Assembly: GCF_988242995.1 (NCBI RefSeq)
Contig: NZ_OZ547043.1
Reading direction: 5' to 3' (one strand)
Length of the DNA stretch: 64,000 nt
The notes below the pieces were generated by a model, which was not told the origin of the DNA, made no database searches, and saw only the letters and a list, made by a program, of their open reading frames with translations. Position 1 is the first letter of the stretch. The number at the start of each line of letters is the position of its first letter. The position numbers and the translations under genes are program-made. Shown here piece by piece: positions 37,318 through 50,231 of this stretch.

Positions 37318-38673
37318 TTATTCTGCGAGAACGGCTTTCTCTTGTTTAATAAAACCACGCGCTCTACGCCAGGTCATGAAAATACCGGTCAGATAAATTG
37401 CGCCGATAATAATGAAACCGGGAATATTTTGCGGGGAGAAAACCTGAATCAGTAACCAGGTAATGGGAGAACCGCCCTGATCCATTGAAGCCACCATACC
37501 TCCGGCTTTTAACGCCCCAGCATTGGCCGCCAGTTGGGTGTGCAAACCAATAGTTTGCGTCGCGATCCACAGGGTGATGCTCATAATGATGACACCCGAG
37601 ATTAAGGTGCGGAACAGATTTCCACGATGCACGGCGACCGCCATCGCCACGAAGAAGCCGATAGTTGCAAGATCGCCAAACGGCAGCACCTGATTACCCG
37701 GCACACAAACAGCAATTAAAATGGTGAGTGGAATAAAAATCAGGCTTGCCGATACCACCGCCGTATGCCCCAGCAGCAACGCCGGATCAAGGCCAATCAG
37801 GAACTCCTGACCGCCGAACTTCGCCTGTAAACGACTACGGGCCTGCTTAGCGATGGGCGTTAAACCATCCATGATGGGTTTAATCACCCGTGGCATCAGC
37901 AGCATAACTGCCGCCGTTTTTACCGCCAGCTGCAATACACCTTTGACATCGTAACCCGCGAGGATGCCGATAATCAGCCCCATCACAAAACCCACGGTGA
38001 CAGGCTCGCCAAATGGGCCAAATTTGCGCTGAATATCGTCGGCGCTAAATTTAATACGGTTAACGCCTGGGATTTTCTCGATGATAGCATCCACCAGCAC
38101 CGCAATTGGCCCCAGATACGCCGACGTACCGTGCGGAATGGCAATGCCTTCCAGCTCAAAGAAATTTCGGGTATCGCGGGCAAACCAGTCGCCGAGCTTA
38201 TAAACAAACGCCGCGTGAATTACCACACCCGCCATCCCTATCATCCATGAACCGGTTGCCAGATGCAGCAATGCGCCGGTGAAGGTCATATGCCAGATAT
38301 TCCAGATATCAACATTTACCACCCGCGTCATACGGGTCAGTAGCATCGCCACGTTAACCAGAATCGCAATCGGAATCGCCACCAGCGCAATTTGCGACGC
38401 CCAGGTCATTGGTGAAGAGCCCGGCCAACCGACATCGACCACATGCAGATTCAGGTCGAAATTTTCCGCCATCGCTTTCGCCGCCGGGCCAATGGAATCC
38501 AGCATTAAGCCAATCACAAGGCCAATACCAACAAAGCCAATCCCGATATGCAGACCCGCTTTAAAGCAATCGCCTGCCTTCATGCCTAATATTTTAGAAA
38601 AAATAATGATGACAATCGGCAGCATCACCGTAGGGCCGAGGTCGAGAATATAACGCATGACTTCTGAAAACAT
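37318..38673 (-). CDS. gatC: PTS galactitol EIIC
   Basis: 451 aa polytopic membrane protein within the gat operon. Confidence 0.85.
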   Translation of the reverse strand: MFSEVMRYILDLGPTVMLPIVIIIFSKILGMKAGDCFKAGLHIGIGFVGIGLVIGLMLDSIGPAAKAMAENFDLNLHVVDVGWPGSSPMTWASQIALVAIPIAILVNVAMLLTRMTRVVNVDIWNIWHMTFTGALLHLATGSWMIGMAGVVIHAAFVYKLGDWFARDTRNFFELEGIAIPHGTSAYLGPIAVLVDAIIEKIPGVNRIKFSADDIQRKFGPFGEPVTVGFVMGLIIGILAGYDVKGVLQLAVKTAAVMLLMPRVIKPIMDGLTPIAKQARSRLQAKFGGQEFLIGLDPALLLGHTAVVSASLIFIPLTILIAVCVPGNQVLPFGDLATIGFFVAMAVAVHRGNLFRTLISGVIIMSITLWIATQTIGLHTQLAANAGALKAGGMVASMDQGGSPITWLLIQVFSPQNIPGFIIIGAIYLTGIFMTWRRARGFIKQEKAVLAE

Positions 38674-38676
38674 AGG

Positions 38677-38961
38677 TCACCCCTGTAAGATAGTCAGAAT
38701 TTTATTTTGTAATGCTTCGATACCGACACCAGAAACAAAAGGCATGCCGTGAACTAACGGAATATCGCCAAAACTACGGTCAACTTTGGCGGTAGTACAT
38801 ATCAAATGCACGCCATCCATATAGGTTTCTATTTCATTAACCCGACACTGGATTAATTCAACAGGAATATTATGACTCTGACACAACTCTTTAATTTCTT
38901 CCGCCGCCATCGTGGAGGTCGCAACCGCGCCTCCGCAAGCGACAATAATCTTGCGTTTCAT
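38677..38961 (-). CDS. gatB: PTS galactitol EIIB
   Basis: 94 aa; conserved Cys in [10 protein letters not shown]. Confidence 0.85.
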   Translation of the reverse strand: MKRKIIVACGGAVATSTMAAEEIKELCQSHNIPVELIQCRVNEIETYMDGVHLICTTAKVDRSFGDIPLVHGMPFVSGVGIEALQNKILTILQG

Positions 38962-38991
38962 AAATAGTCCTTTTTATTGTTACAGAGGGAT

Positions 38992-39444
38992 TTATTCGTC
39001 TGAATCTAAAACATACTTTGTGAAGTATTCCTTTAACTGGGTTTCAGGAAGAGTGATTAGTGTCTCGACGATCTCGGGCTGTTGTAACTTGCCAAATAAA
39101 CAGCGTAAAAGTTTCAATTGCTGCTGCGGATTTTCCACAATTAACGCAATAACCAACGATACCGCCACGTCGTTATCATCATCCGCTTGCTGAAAATGAA
39201 CTTTATTTGTTGGCCTTAACAGATAAATGGCTGACGACTTAGCATGAATCGCCTCACAATGCGGTATTGCAATGGCGTGCTGCTCAAGCATTATCCCGGT
39301 AGGGAATTCTGCTTCTCTGGCAATTAATGCCTGTGGCCAGGTATCATGAACCACACCTTTCGCGAGCATCTCATTACCGATATGGGTTAAAACTTCGCTA
39401 CGATCGACAAAAGAAATTCCGCTACGAACAAACAGGTTAGTCAT
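38992..39444 (-). CDS. gatA: PTS galactitol EIIA
   Basis: 150 aa; operon position. Confidence 0.85.
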   Translation of the reverse strand: MTNLFVRSGISFVDRSEVLTHIGNEMLAKGVVHDTWPQALIAREAEFPTGIMLEQHAIAIPHCEAIHAKSSAIYLLRPTNKVHFQQADDDNDVAVSLVIALIVENPQQQLKLLRCLFGKLQQPEIVETLITLPETQLKEYFTKYVLDSDE

Positions 39445-39453
39445 ATACCGTCC

Positions 39454-41653
<2,200 letters not shown>

Positions 41654-41713
41654 TCAAATGTCGAGATAATGATCACAAAAACGACAATTCGAAAATTAAT
41701 CAGAATGACAGGC

Positions 41714-41743
41714 AAAAAAACGGCCTCCCGATAGGGAAGCCGT
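41714..41743 (-). terminator. Rho-independent terminator downstream of fbaB
   Basis: Minus-strand hairpin (ggcttccc / gggaggcc, one G-U pair) followed by U7. Confidence 0.5.
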
Positions 41744-41763
41744 AGCAAAGTGCGCGTGTTTTT

Positions 41764-41790
41764 ATGCCGGATGCGACGTAAACGCCTTTT
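41764..41790. repeat. REP-like palindromic element
   Basis: atgccggatgcgacgtaaacgcc resembles the E. coli REP consensus (gccggatgcggcgtaaacgcc...). Confidence 0.4.
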
Positions 41791-41826
41791 CCGTCATACG
41801 TGGTAGTGCTGTTCGTATAAGGCGTA

Positions 41827-42879
41827 TCAGGCAATAGTAATTTTGCTATCGAGATAAACGTCCTGCACGGCGTTAATCAGTTTCACGCCGTCAGCCATCG
41901 ATTTCTTGAACGCCTTACGTCCAAGAATCAGCCCCATTCCGCCTGCGCGTTTGTTGATAACCGCAGTACGCACTGCATCGCTGAGGTCAGTTTCACCGCC
42001 TGCAGCACCGCCGGAGTTTATCAACCCTGCGCGGCCCATATAGCAGTTAGCTAACTGATAACGCACCAGATCAATCGGGTTTTCGCTGGTCAACTTGCTG
42101 TACACGCGATCGTCGGTATAACCGTAATTAATCGCTTTATAGCCGCCGTTATTTTCCGCCATTTTTTGTTTAACGATATCTGCACCTATGGTCGCCGCCA
42201 GATGGTTTGCCTGACCGGTCAGGTCGGCGGAAACATGGTAATCAACGCCATCTTTCTTAAAGGCGGAGTTACGCAAATAGGCCCACAGCACTGTCACCAT
42301 GCCCAGCTCGTGCGCACGTTCAAAAGCCGCAGAAATTTCTTCAATCTGGCGACGTGACTCTTCCGAACCAAAATAGATAGTCGCACCAACCGCCACCGCG
42401 CCCATGTTGAAGGCCTGCTCCACGCTGGCATACAGCGTTTGATCGTAGGTATTCGGGTAACTTAGCGTCTCGTTGTGATTAAGTTTGACGAGGAATGGAA
42501 TGCGATGCGCGTAACGCCGCGATACCGATGCCAGCACGCCGTAAGTTGACGCCACACAGTTACAGCCCGCTTCGATCGCCAGTTCAACAATGTTTTTCGG
42601 GTCAAAGTAGAGCGGGTTAGCGGCAAATGAAGCTCCGGCAGAGTGCTCAACGCCCTGGTCAACCGGCAGAATAGAAAGATATCCTGTGCCAGCCAGACGC
42701 CCGGTGTTGTACAACGTCTGCATATTACGTAACACCGCTGGCGGGCGATTATTGTCAATCATCACGCGGTCTACGTAGTCATGTCCGGGGAGATAAAGCT
42801 GGTCAGAAGGAATAGTCATACAACGGTGCTGTAAAAGGTTGTCGGCGTCTTTGCCAAGCAACTGCGCAATATCTGTCAT
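41827..42879 (-). CDS. fbaB: Class I fructose-bisphosphate aldolase
   Basis: 350 aa from ATG 42879 ([20 protein letters not shown]...). Confidence 0.85.
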
Positions 42880-43135
42880 TACTATGCTCCCGTAAATTCC
42901 GATTGGATATCGGCTATGGATTGTCCTGGCCCGCCTTTTGCGGGCAATCATAATCCTGGTCGTTACAGGCGAGTTTTTCCATCTTTTGGATGTTTTATCA
43001 GCGTTTTCTGTTGGCTCGATTCATCAGAAAAAATGTTACCGCGGTCAAGTTTTCACCGCAAAGGTATTTAAAAGGTATTATTAAATGGTATTGTCATCGC
43101 GTACCTTACATTACCTGTCATGAAGGAATTAAAAG

Positions 43136-44413
43136 ATGAAAACAACAGCAAAGCTGTCGTTCATGATGTTTGTTGAATGGTTTATCTGGGGCGCGTGGTT
43201 TGTGCCATTGTGGTTATGGTTAAGTAAAAGCGGTTTTAGTGCCGGAGAAATTGGCTGGTCGTATGCCTGTACCGCCATTGCGGCGATCCTGTCGCCAATT
43301 CTGGTTGGCTCCATCACTGACCGCTTTTTCTCGGCGCAGAAAGTGCTGGCGGTATTGATGTTCGCTGGTGCGGCGCTGATGTATTTCGCTGCGCAACAGA
43401 CCACTTTTGCCGGGTTCTTCCCGTTACTGCTGGCCTACTCGCTAACCTATATGCCGACCATTGCGCTGACTAACAGTATCGCTTTTGCCAACGTGCCGGA
43501 TGTGGAGCGTGATTTCCCACGCATTCGTGTGATGGGCACTATCGGCTGGATTGCCTCTGGTCTGGCATGTGGATTTTTGCCGCAAATGCTGGGTTATGCC
43601 GATATCTCTCCGACTAACATCCCGCTGCTGATTACCGCCGGAAGTTCTGCTCTGCTCGGTGTGTTTGCGTTTTTCCTGCCCGACACGCCGCCAAAAAGCA
43701 CCGGCAAAATGGACATTAAAGTCATGCTCGGCCTGGATGCGCTGATCCTGCTGCGCGATAAAAACTTCCTCGTCTTTTTCTTCTGTTCATTCCTGTTTGC
43801 GATGCCACTGGCGTTCTATTACATCTTTGCCAACGGTTATCTGACCGAAGTCGGTATGAAAAACGCCACTGGCTGGATGACGCTCGGCCAGTTCTCTGAA
43901 ATCTTCTTTATGCTGGCATTGCCGTTTTTCACCAAACGCTTTGGTATCAAAAAGGTATTATTACTTGGTCTGGTCACCGCTGCGATCCGCTATGGCTTCT
44001 TTATTTACGGTAGTGCGGATGAATATTTCACCTACGCGTTACTGTTCCTCGGCATTTTGCTGCACGGCGTAAGTTACGATTTTTACTACGTTACCGCTTA
44101 CATCTATGTCGATAAAAAAGCCCCCGTGCATATGCGTACCGCCGCGCAGGGGCTGATCACGCTCTGCTGCCAGGGCTTCGGCAGTTTGCTCGGCTATCGT
44201 CTTGGCGGTGTGATGATGGAAAAGATGTTCGCTTATCAGGAACCGGTAAACGGACTGACTTTCAACTGGTCCGGGATGTGGACTTTCGGCGCGGTGATGA
44301 TTGCCATTATCGCCGTGCTGTTCATGATTTTTTTCCGCGAATCCGACAACGAAATTACGGCTATCAAGGTCGATGATCGCGATATTGCGTTGACACAAGG
44401 GGAAGTTAAATGA
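43136..44413 (+). CDS. yegT: MFS nucleoside transporter-like protein YegT
   Basis: 425 aa, 12-TM MFS-like; K-12 gene order. Confidence 0.8.
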   Translation: MKTTAKLSFMMFVEWFIWGAWFVPLWLWLSKSGFSAGEIGWSYACTAIAAILSPILVGSITDRFFSAQKVLAVLMFAGAALMYFAAQQTTFAGFFPLLLAYSLTYMPTIALTNSIAFANVPDVERDFPRIRVMGTIGWIASGLACGFLPQMLGYADISPTNIPLLITAGSSALLGVFAFFLPDTPPKSTGKMDIKVMLGLDALILLRDKNFLVFFFCSFLFAMPLAFYYIFANGYLTEVGMKNATGWMTLGQFSEIFFMLALPFFTKRFGIKKVLLLGLVTAAIRYGFFIYGSADEYFTYALLFLGILLHGVSYDFYYVTAYIYVDKKAPVHMRTAAQGLITLCCQGFGSLLGYRLGGVMMEKMFAYQEPVNGLTFNWSGMWTFGAVMIAIIAVLFMIFFRESDNEITAIKVDDRDIALTQGEVK

Positions 44414-45414
44414 AAACAGAACGTATTCTCGGTGCTCTTTATGGGCAGGCGTTAGGGGATGCGATGGGGATGCCCTCCGAGCTTTGGCCACGCAGCCGCG
44501 TTAAAGCACACTTTGGCTGGATTGACCGTTTTCTGCCTGGACCAAAGGAGAATAACGCAGCCTGTTATTTTAACCGCGCCGAATTCACCGACGATACCTC
44601 GATGGCGCTGTGTCTGGCGGATGCGTTACTGGAACGTAAAGGCAAGATCGATCCGGATCTGATTGGGCGTAATATTCTCGACTGGGCGCTGCGTTTCGAC
44701 GCCTTTAACAAAAACGTACTAGGTCCGACCTCGAAGATTGCGCTTAACGCCATTCGCGACGGTAAACCCGTTGCTGAACTGGAAAACAATGGCGTGACCA
44801 ACGGCGCAGCGATGCGCGTCTCGCCATTAGGTTGTTTGCTTCCGGCGCGCGATGTTGATTCCTTTATTGATGATGTGGCGCTGGCGTCCAGCCCGACCCA
44901 TAAATCCGATCTGGCGGTTGCAGGTGCGGTAGTCATCGCATGGGCGATTTCCCGTGCCATTGACGGAGAAAGCTGGTCAGCGATTGTTGATTCTCTACCC
45001 TCGATTGCGCGACATGCACAGCAAAAACGCATCACCACCTTCAGCGCCTCACTGGCGGCGCGGCTGGAGATTGCGCTGAAAATTGTGCGCAATGCAGACG
45101 GCACTGAATCCGCCAGCGAACAGCTTTACCAGGTCGTTGGCGCAGGTACCAGCACTATTGAGTCCGTTCCGTGCGCCATTGCGCTGGTTGAACTGGCACA
45201 AACCGACCCGAACCGTTGCGCCGTCCTCTGCGCTAACCTTGGCGGCGATACAGACACCATCGGTGCTATGGCGACGGCAATCTGCGGCGCGTTGCATGGC
45301 ATTAACGCTATCGATCCTGCGTTAAAGACGGAACTGGATGCGGTAAATCAGCTTGATTTCAACCGCTATGCCACGGCGCTGGCGAAATATCGTCAACAAC
45401 GGGAGGCGGTATGA
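44410..45414 (+). CDS. yegU: ADP-ribosylglycohydrolase-family protein YegU
   Basis: 334 aa; overlapping start with yegT stop. Confidence 0.8.
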   Translation: MKTERILGALYGQALGDAMGMPSELWPRSRVKAHFGWIDRFLPGPKENNAACYFNRAEFTDDTSMALCLADALLERKGKIDPDLIGRNILDWALRFDAFNKNVLGPTSKIALNAIRDGKPVAELENNGVTNGAAMRVSPLGCLLPARDVDSFIDDVALASSPTHKSDLAVAGAVVIAWAISRAIDGESWSAIVDSLPSIARHAQQKRITTFSASLAARLEIALKIVRNADGTESASEQLYQVVGAGTSTIESVPCAIALVELAQTDPNRCAVLCANLGGDTDTIGAMATAICGALHGINAIDPALKTELDAVNQLDFNRYATALAKYRQQREAV

Positions 45415-46376
45415 GCGGCGCTCGATTACACACGCTGCTGCCTGAATTAACCACGCGTCAGCCAGTTATGGTGATTGGCGCGGCGGTCATTGATGTGATC
45501 GCCGACGCTTATGCCCTCCCCTGGCGTGGGTGCGATATCGAACTGAAACAGCAGAGCGTTAACGTTGGCGGCTGCGCACTGAATATCGCCGTGGCGTTAA
45601 AGCGCCTGGGCATCGAAGCGGGTAACGCCTTGCCGCTCGGTCAGGGGGTGTGGGCGGAGATTATTCGCAACCGGATGGCAAAAGAGGGCTTAATCAGCCT
45701 GATCGATAACGCCGAAGGTGATAACGGCTGGTGTCTGGCGCTGGTTGAGCCGGATGGCGAACGCACTTTTATGTCATTCAGCGGTGTGGAAAATCAGTGG
45801 AATCGCCAGTGGCTGGCGCGATTAACCGTTGCGCCTGGCTGCCTGCTCTATTTTTCTGGTTATCAACTGGCCTCGCCCTGCGGCGAATTGTTAGTGGAAT
45901 GGCTGGAAGAGCTGCAAGACGTGACGCCGTTTATCGATTTTGGCCCACGTATTGGCGATATCCCGGATGCATTACTGGCGCGGATCATGGCCTGTCGACC
46001 TTTAGTGTCACTTAATCGTCAGGAGGCTGAGATTGCCGCCGAACGTTTTGCTTTATCCGCAGAGATAACAACACTTGGCAAACAATGGCAGGAGAAATTT
46101 GCCGCGTCGTTGATCGTCCGTCTGGATAAAGAAGGCGCATGGTATTTTGGCGACAACGCTTCTGGCTGCGTTCCGGCATATCCAACGCAAGTTGTTGACA
46201 CCATTGGTGCGGGCGACAGTCATGCAGGTGGCGTACTTGCCGGGCTGGCCTCTGGTCTGCCACTGGCGGATGCCGTATTACTGGGCAATGCAGTGGCGTC
46301 GTGGGTTGTCGGGCATCGGGGCGGTGATTGTGCGCCAACGCGCGAGGAACTACTCCTCGCACACAAAAACGTATAG
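45411..46376 (+). CDS. yegV: PfkB-family sugar kinase YegV
   Basis: 321 aa; GAGD motif of the ribokinase fold. Confidence 0.8.
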   Translation: MSGARLHTLLPELTTRQPVMVIGAAVIDVIADAYALPWRGCDIELKQQSVNVGGCALNIAVALKRLGIEAGNALPLGQGVWAEIIRNRMAKEGLISLIDNAEGDNGWCLALVEPDGERTFMSFSGVENQWNRQWLARLTVAPGCLLYFSGYQLASPCGELLVEWLEELQDVTPFIDFGPRIGDIPDALLARIMACRPLVSLNRQEAEIAAERFALSAEITTLGKQWQEKFAASLIVRLDKEGAWYFGDNASGCVPAYPTQVVDTIGAGDSHAGGVLAGLASGLPLADAVLLGNAVASWVVGHRGGDCAPTREELLLAHKNV

Positions 46377-47096
46377 ATCGCTGCGACAGTGGCTGATGCT
46401 GTACTCAATAGGCCGTTGCTGTTGGTCAAGCGCCACTTGCTTGATCACCAGCACCGGTATTTTGCTATCTAACTGAATATGTGACTGAAACTCGGCATCC
46501 GGCATCCGGGCGCTAACGCGGGAACGCGTACGTTGTGGGTAAATGTGCTGGCTGCGGAAGTAGTCATAAAGAGAAATTCCGATGGCATCAACATCATGAA
46601 TTAAATGCGCCGGAACCCACGATTCCTCAATTGATACCGCTTCTTCATCGACATAGCGAATACGCTTAAGCAAAAAGACATCACTTCCTGCTTCGACCGC
46701 TAGCTGCTGCGCGACTTCTTCGGGACATTTCACGACACGCTTGTTAACCCATAGCGTATCGGGTTTTTTCCCGCGCAACACCACCTGCTGAGAAAAACCT
46801 CGCGCTTCTTTCAACGAATATTCGAAGATGTTGTTGATCTGCGTGCCGTAACCACGCGAACGCGTCACCACGCCCTCTTCTTCCAGCGCCTGCATCGCCT
46901 TGCGCACCGTAATGCGCGAAACGCCGGTTAACTGACTTAAATCACGCTCACCGGGCAAAATATTGCCATGCTCCAGCACCCCGCTGCGCACGGCATTTTT
47001 TACCGTTTCGGCAAACTTAATATAAAGCGGCGTGTTATCCGCCGCTAAAATACGTTCGTTCAGTTGGGCAATCAGCTGGGTATGCGCTTGTTCCAT
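46350..47096 (-). CDS. yegW: GntR-family transcriptional regulator YegW
   Basis: 248 aa; N-terminal GntR HTH, UTRA-like C-terminus. Confidence 0.8.
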   Translation of the reverse strand: MEQAHTQLIAQLNERILAADNTPLYIKFAETVKNAVRSGVLEHGNILPGERDLSQLTGVSRITVRKAMQALEEEGVVTRSRGYGTQINNIFEYSLKEARGFSQQVVLRGKKPDTLWVNKRVVKCPEEVAQQLAVEAGSDVFLLKRIRYVDEEAVSIEESWVPAHLIHDVDAIGISLYDYFRSQHIYPQRTRSRVSARMPDAEFQSHIQLDSKIPVLVIKQVALDQQQRPIEYSISHCRSDLYVFVCEE

Positions 47097-47147
47097 TTGT
47101 CTTTTTCCTGCCAGGGAGTCTGGTGGGAGTATATCACTGCTTCTTAT

Positions 47148-47975
47148 TTAAGGCGTTTCTTTAATCCCATCAACGAATGCCTGCAACTCCTCCACCGTGC
47201 CATTAAACACATTAAAATCCACCGGACCATTAATGCCATCTACCTGTCCACGGTCGGAATGCTGCCAGAAGCGCCAGGCCATGCCGTCATTGTCCGGACG
47301 ACGTTGATAATAGTGAGCCACCCACCACGGATATTCATTAAAATAGCCCGCCAGATTGGTGTGATAAAAAACGGCTCCTGAGTAAATAATCGGCTTTTTT
47401 CCCGTGCGTTTTTCGACCATTTTTAGCCACTGACTTACCCGCTTGCGTAATTCTTTTGCCGATAATTTTCCCCGTTCTTCTACGTCCAGCACGGCAGGGA
47501 GATCGCCGTGGGCAAAATCCACCGTTTGCAGAAATAATCGCGCCTGAACTGAAGCGGATACCGACGGGGAGAAATAATGATACGCCCCGCGCAGCAGGCC
47601 ATTTTCGCGGCTTAGTTGCCAGTTACGCGAAAAATAGGGGTCCACCAGCTTTTCGCCTTCCGTCGCCTTGATAAAGGCAAACTGCAAGCGAATACCGTTA
47701 TCGCGCATTTTTGCCACCCGCTGCCAGTCGATTCGCTCCTGCCAGCGTGAAACATCAATACCATGAATGGTGTAACTGGCAGGAATGCGAATAGCAAAAG
47801 ATTTGACCGGACGATAACCGTAGAAGTGGATGTAGTCTTTAATCTGAATTGCTGTCGAGTAGAAAAAATTCACCGTCTGACGCGGATAAATTGCAAGGAT
47901 GGAAATTAGCCCAAGAGCGCATAATAAAGCGGTGAATTTTTTTCGACTGGTGATTCTCAGCTGCATTGGTTTCAT
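47148..47975 (-). CDS. yegX: Glycoside hydrolase family 25-like protein YegX
   Basis: 275 aa, signal/TM N-terminus, GH25 lysozyme-like region; K-12 gene order. Confidence 0.75.
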   Translation of the reverse strand: MKPMQLRITSRKKFTALLCALGLISILAIYPRQTVNFFYSTAIQIKDYIHFYGYRPVKSFAIRIPASYTIHGIDVSRWQERIDWQRVAKMRDNGIRLQFAFIKATEGEKLVDPYFSRNWQLSRENGLLRGAYHYFSPSVSASVQARLFLQTVDFAHGDLPAVLDVEERGKLSAKELRKRVSQWLKMVEKRTGKKPIIYSGAVFYHTNLAGYFNEYPWWVAHYYQRRPDNDGMAWRFWQHSDRGQVDGINGPVDFNVFNGTVEELQAFVDGIKETP

Positions 47976-48030
47976 CCCTGAATGTCAGCGCCAAAGACTG
48001 ACAATAACCAAAGCAGCTATAGTACGGTGC

Positions 48031-48831
48031 TCACCACCAGGCGTGGAAGTGGTGAACCGGACCAATACCGTGACCAACTTCCAGCGTGTCGGCCTGGGCT
48101 AACGCCGATGAAAGCCAGCTTTTTGCCTCCTGGACGGTGTCAGCCCAGTTTGTATGGCGCGGGCGCAGTGCAGCCAACGCCGCAGAGAGCGTACAACCAG
48201 TGCCGTGGGTGTTTTTGGTCATAATGCGCGGTGCGGTAAACCGTTGTTTACCCTCGCGGGTAAACAGCCAGTCCGGGCTTTGCTCATCATCCAGATGACC
48301 ACCTTTCATTAGCACTGCGCCACAGCCCATCGCCAACAGCGATCGCCCTTGTTCCAGCATTTCCTGTTCGGTGCGCGCGTGTGGCGCATCGAGCAAGGCG
48401 GCAGCTTCGGGCAAGTTTGGCGTTATTAATGAAACCTGTGGCAATAATCGACTGCGCAGCGTAGCAACCGCCGAAGGTGAAAGCAGCGGGTCGCCGCTTT
48501 TTGCCAGCATAACGGTGTCGAGTACCACGTTTTGGATCTGATAACGTTGCAACCGTTCTGCCACCGCTTCAACAATATCGGTTTCCGCCAACATACCGAT
48601 TTTAGTGGTGTCGATTCGCACATCGCTGAACACCGAATCGAGCTGGGCGGCGACAAAATCAGGCTCAATGCGATACACCGACTGTACGCCACGGGTATTT
48701 TGCGCCACCAGTGCAGTAATCACTGAGCAACCATAAGCGCCAAGTGCCGAGAAGGTTTTAAGATCGGCCTGAATCCCCGCACCACCACTCGGATCAGTAC
48801 CGGCAATCGTCAGAGCGTTAATTCGTTTCAC
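48031..48831 (-). CDS. thiD: Hydroxymethylpyrimidine / phosphomethylpyrimidine kinase
   Basis: 266 aa; downstream of thiM with overlapping stop/start. Confidence 0.85.
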   Translation of the reverse strand: MKRINALTIAGTDPSGGAGIQADLKTFSALGAYGCSVITALVAQNTRGVQSVYRIEPDFVAAQLDSVFSDVRIDTTKIGMLAETDIVEAVAERLQRYQIQNVVLDTVMLAKSGDPLLSPSAVATLRSRLLPQVSLITPNLPEAAALLDAPHARTEQEMLEQGRSLLAMGCGAVLMKGGHLDDEQSPDWLFTREGKQRFTAPRIMTKNTHGTGCTLSAALAALRPRHTNWADTVQEAKSWLSSALAQADTLEVGHGIGPVHHFHAWW

Positions 48832-49616
48832 GCCTGCACCTCCTGCGTCAATTGCCAGAGCGCATCAAGGAAATGTGGAACAAAACTGCCTGGCCCCTCG
48901 CTACTGGCGACTGCGCGTTCTCCGGCTTGTTTCATCCAGTGACAGGCAGATGCGATATTTTCCAGCGTATCGCCTGGTAGCGCACAACAGGCAGCGACAA
49001 CCGCCGATAATGCACAGCCAGTTCCTACCACTTTGGTCATTAGCGGATCGCCACCGTTAATGCCAACGATACGATGCCCATCGGTAACATAATCCACCTC
49101 GCCTGTGACCACGACGATTGCGCCAGTTTCCCGTGCCAGTGTTTGTGCAGCGGGTATCGCGTTAGCTGCGGCATCAGTGGTATCCACTCCCCGTCCGCCA
49201 TTAGCAATGCCAGCTAATGCCATGATTTCCGAAGCATTACCACGTATCGCTGCCGGTTTAAAAGATAAAAGTTCATGACAAAAACGGCGGCGATAATCGA
49301 GTGCACCAACCGCTACTGGATCAAGCGTCCAGGGTGTTTGAGAGCGTTTTGCTTGCTCAACGGCGGCACGCATCGCCTGTGCGCGTGGCTGCGTCAGCGT
49401 GCCAACGTTAATCAGCAACGCACTGGCGATAGCCGCAAACTGACTGGCTTCTTCGGTTTCGATAACCATCGCTGGCGATGCACCGAGCGCCAGTAAGGTA
49501 TTGGCAGTAAAGGTTTGCACCACATCATTGGTCATACAGTGCACAAGGGGGGAATGTTTGTGAAAAAGATGTAACGCGTGCGCAGATTGCGCGGAACTCA
49601 GCAGGTCGACTTGCAT
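48828..49616 (-). CDS. thiM: Hydroxyethylthiazole kinase
   Basis: 262 aa; preceded by the TPP riboswitch. Confidence 0.85.
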   Translation of the reverse strand: MQVDLLSSAQSAHALHLFHKHSPLVHCMTNDVVQTFTANTLLALGASPAMVIETEEASQFAAIASALLINVGTLTQPRAQAMRAAVEQAKRSQTPWTLDPVAVGALDYRRRFCHELLSFKPAAIRGNASEIMALAGIANGGRGVDTTDAAANAIPAAQTLARETGAIVVVTGEVDYVTDGHRIVGINGGDPLMTKVVGTGCALSAVVAACCALPGDTLENIASACHWMKQAGERAVASSEGPGSFVPHFLDALWQLTQEVQA

Positions 49617-49745
49617 AGTTTGCTCCTGCCATAACGTTAAGAAGCAATGACCTGGTGGTCCGTGACTTCCCTACGCTGGCATTATCCAGATCAGGTGATA
49701 CGGGTATTTCTCAGCCTTCACGCAGAAGGGCACCCCGAGTCGTTT
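49617..49745 (-). promoter_or_regulatory. TPP (thi-box) riboswitch in the thiMD leader
   Basis: Minus-strand sequence actcggggtgcccttctgcgtgaaggctgagaaatacccgtatcacctgatctggataatgccagcgtagggaa... matches the remembered E. coli thiM aptamer (CUGAGA thi-box present). Confidence 0.8.
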
Positions 49746-49838
49746 GGTTGCGATGATAAATCGCAGAGGAGGATGGTAATGTCCAGCGCACGCGTTGTAA
49801 ACGAGGAAAAACCGCAGTTTTACAATCGCGTTAATAAA

Positions 49839-50111
49839 TTATTTGATATAAGAATCCAGCACCTTCAGAACTACATCCAGATCTTCTTCACGTTTTAGCT
49901 CATCCCCCTGGTGAACGATGTGTTCCGTCAGATGACCTTTAATCACTTCCCGCATCAGACCGTTTACCGCGCCACGGATAGCAGCAATCTGTTGTAAAAC
50001 TGCAGCGCATTCGTGCGGCTCGTCGAGCATTTTCTTGAGCGCCACGACCTGGCCCTGAATCTTACTGGCACGCGCTTTCAGTTTCTGTTTATCACGGATT
50101 GTATGAGACAT
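49839..50111 (-). CDS. rcnR: Ni/Co-responsive repressor RcnR
   Basis: 90 aa, matches remembered RcnR ([21 protein letters not shown]...). Confidence 0.9.
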
Positions 50112-50159
50112 GGCAACACCTGGTTAACAAGAATATGAAAAATCATAGCACTATTAATC

Positions 50160-50194
50160 TACTGGGGGGTAGTATCAGGTACTGGGGGGGAGTA
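50160..50194. promoter_or_regulatory. Tandem RcnR operators (TACT-G6/7-N-AGTA)
   Basis: tactggggggtagta (50160-50174) and tactgggggggagta (50180-50194) in the rcnR-rcnA divergent intergenic region. Confidence 0.7.
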
Positions 50195-50231
50195 GAATAA
50201 GATTGCCGAATTAATACTAAGAATTATTATC

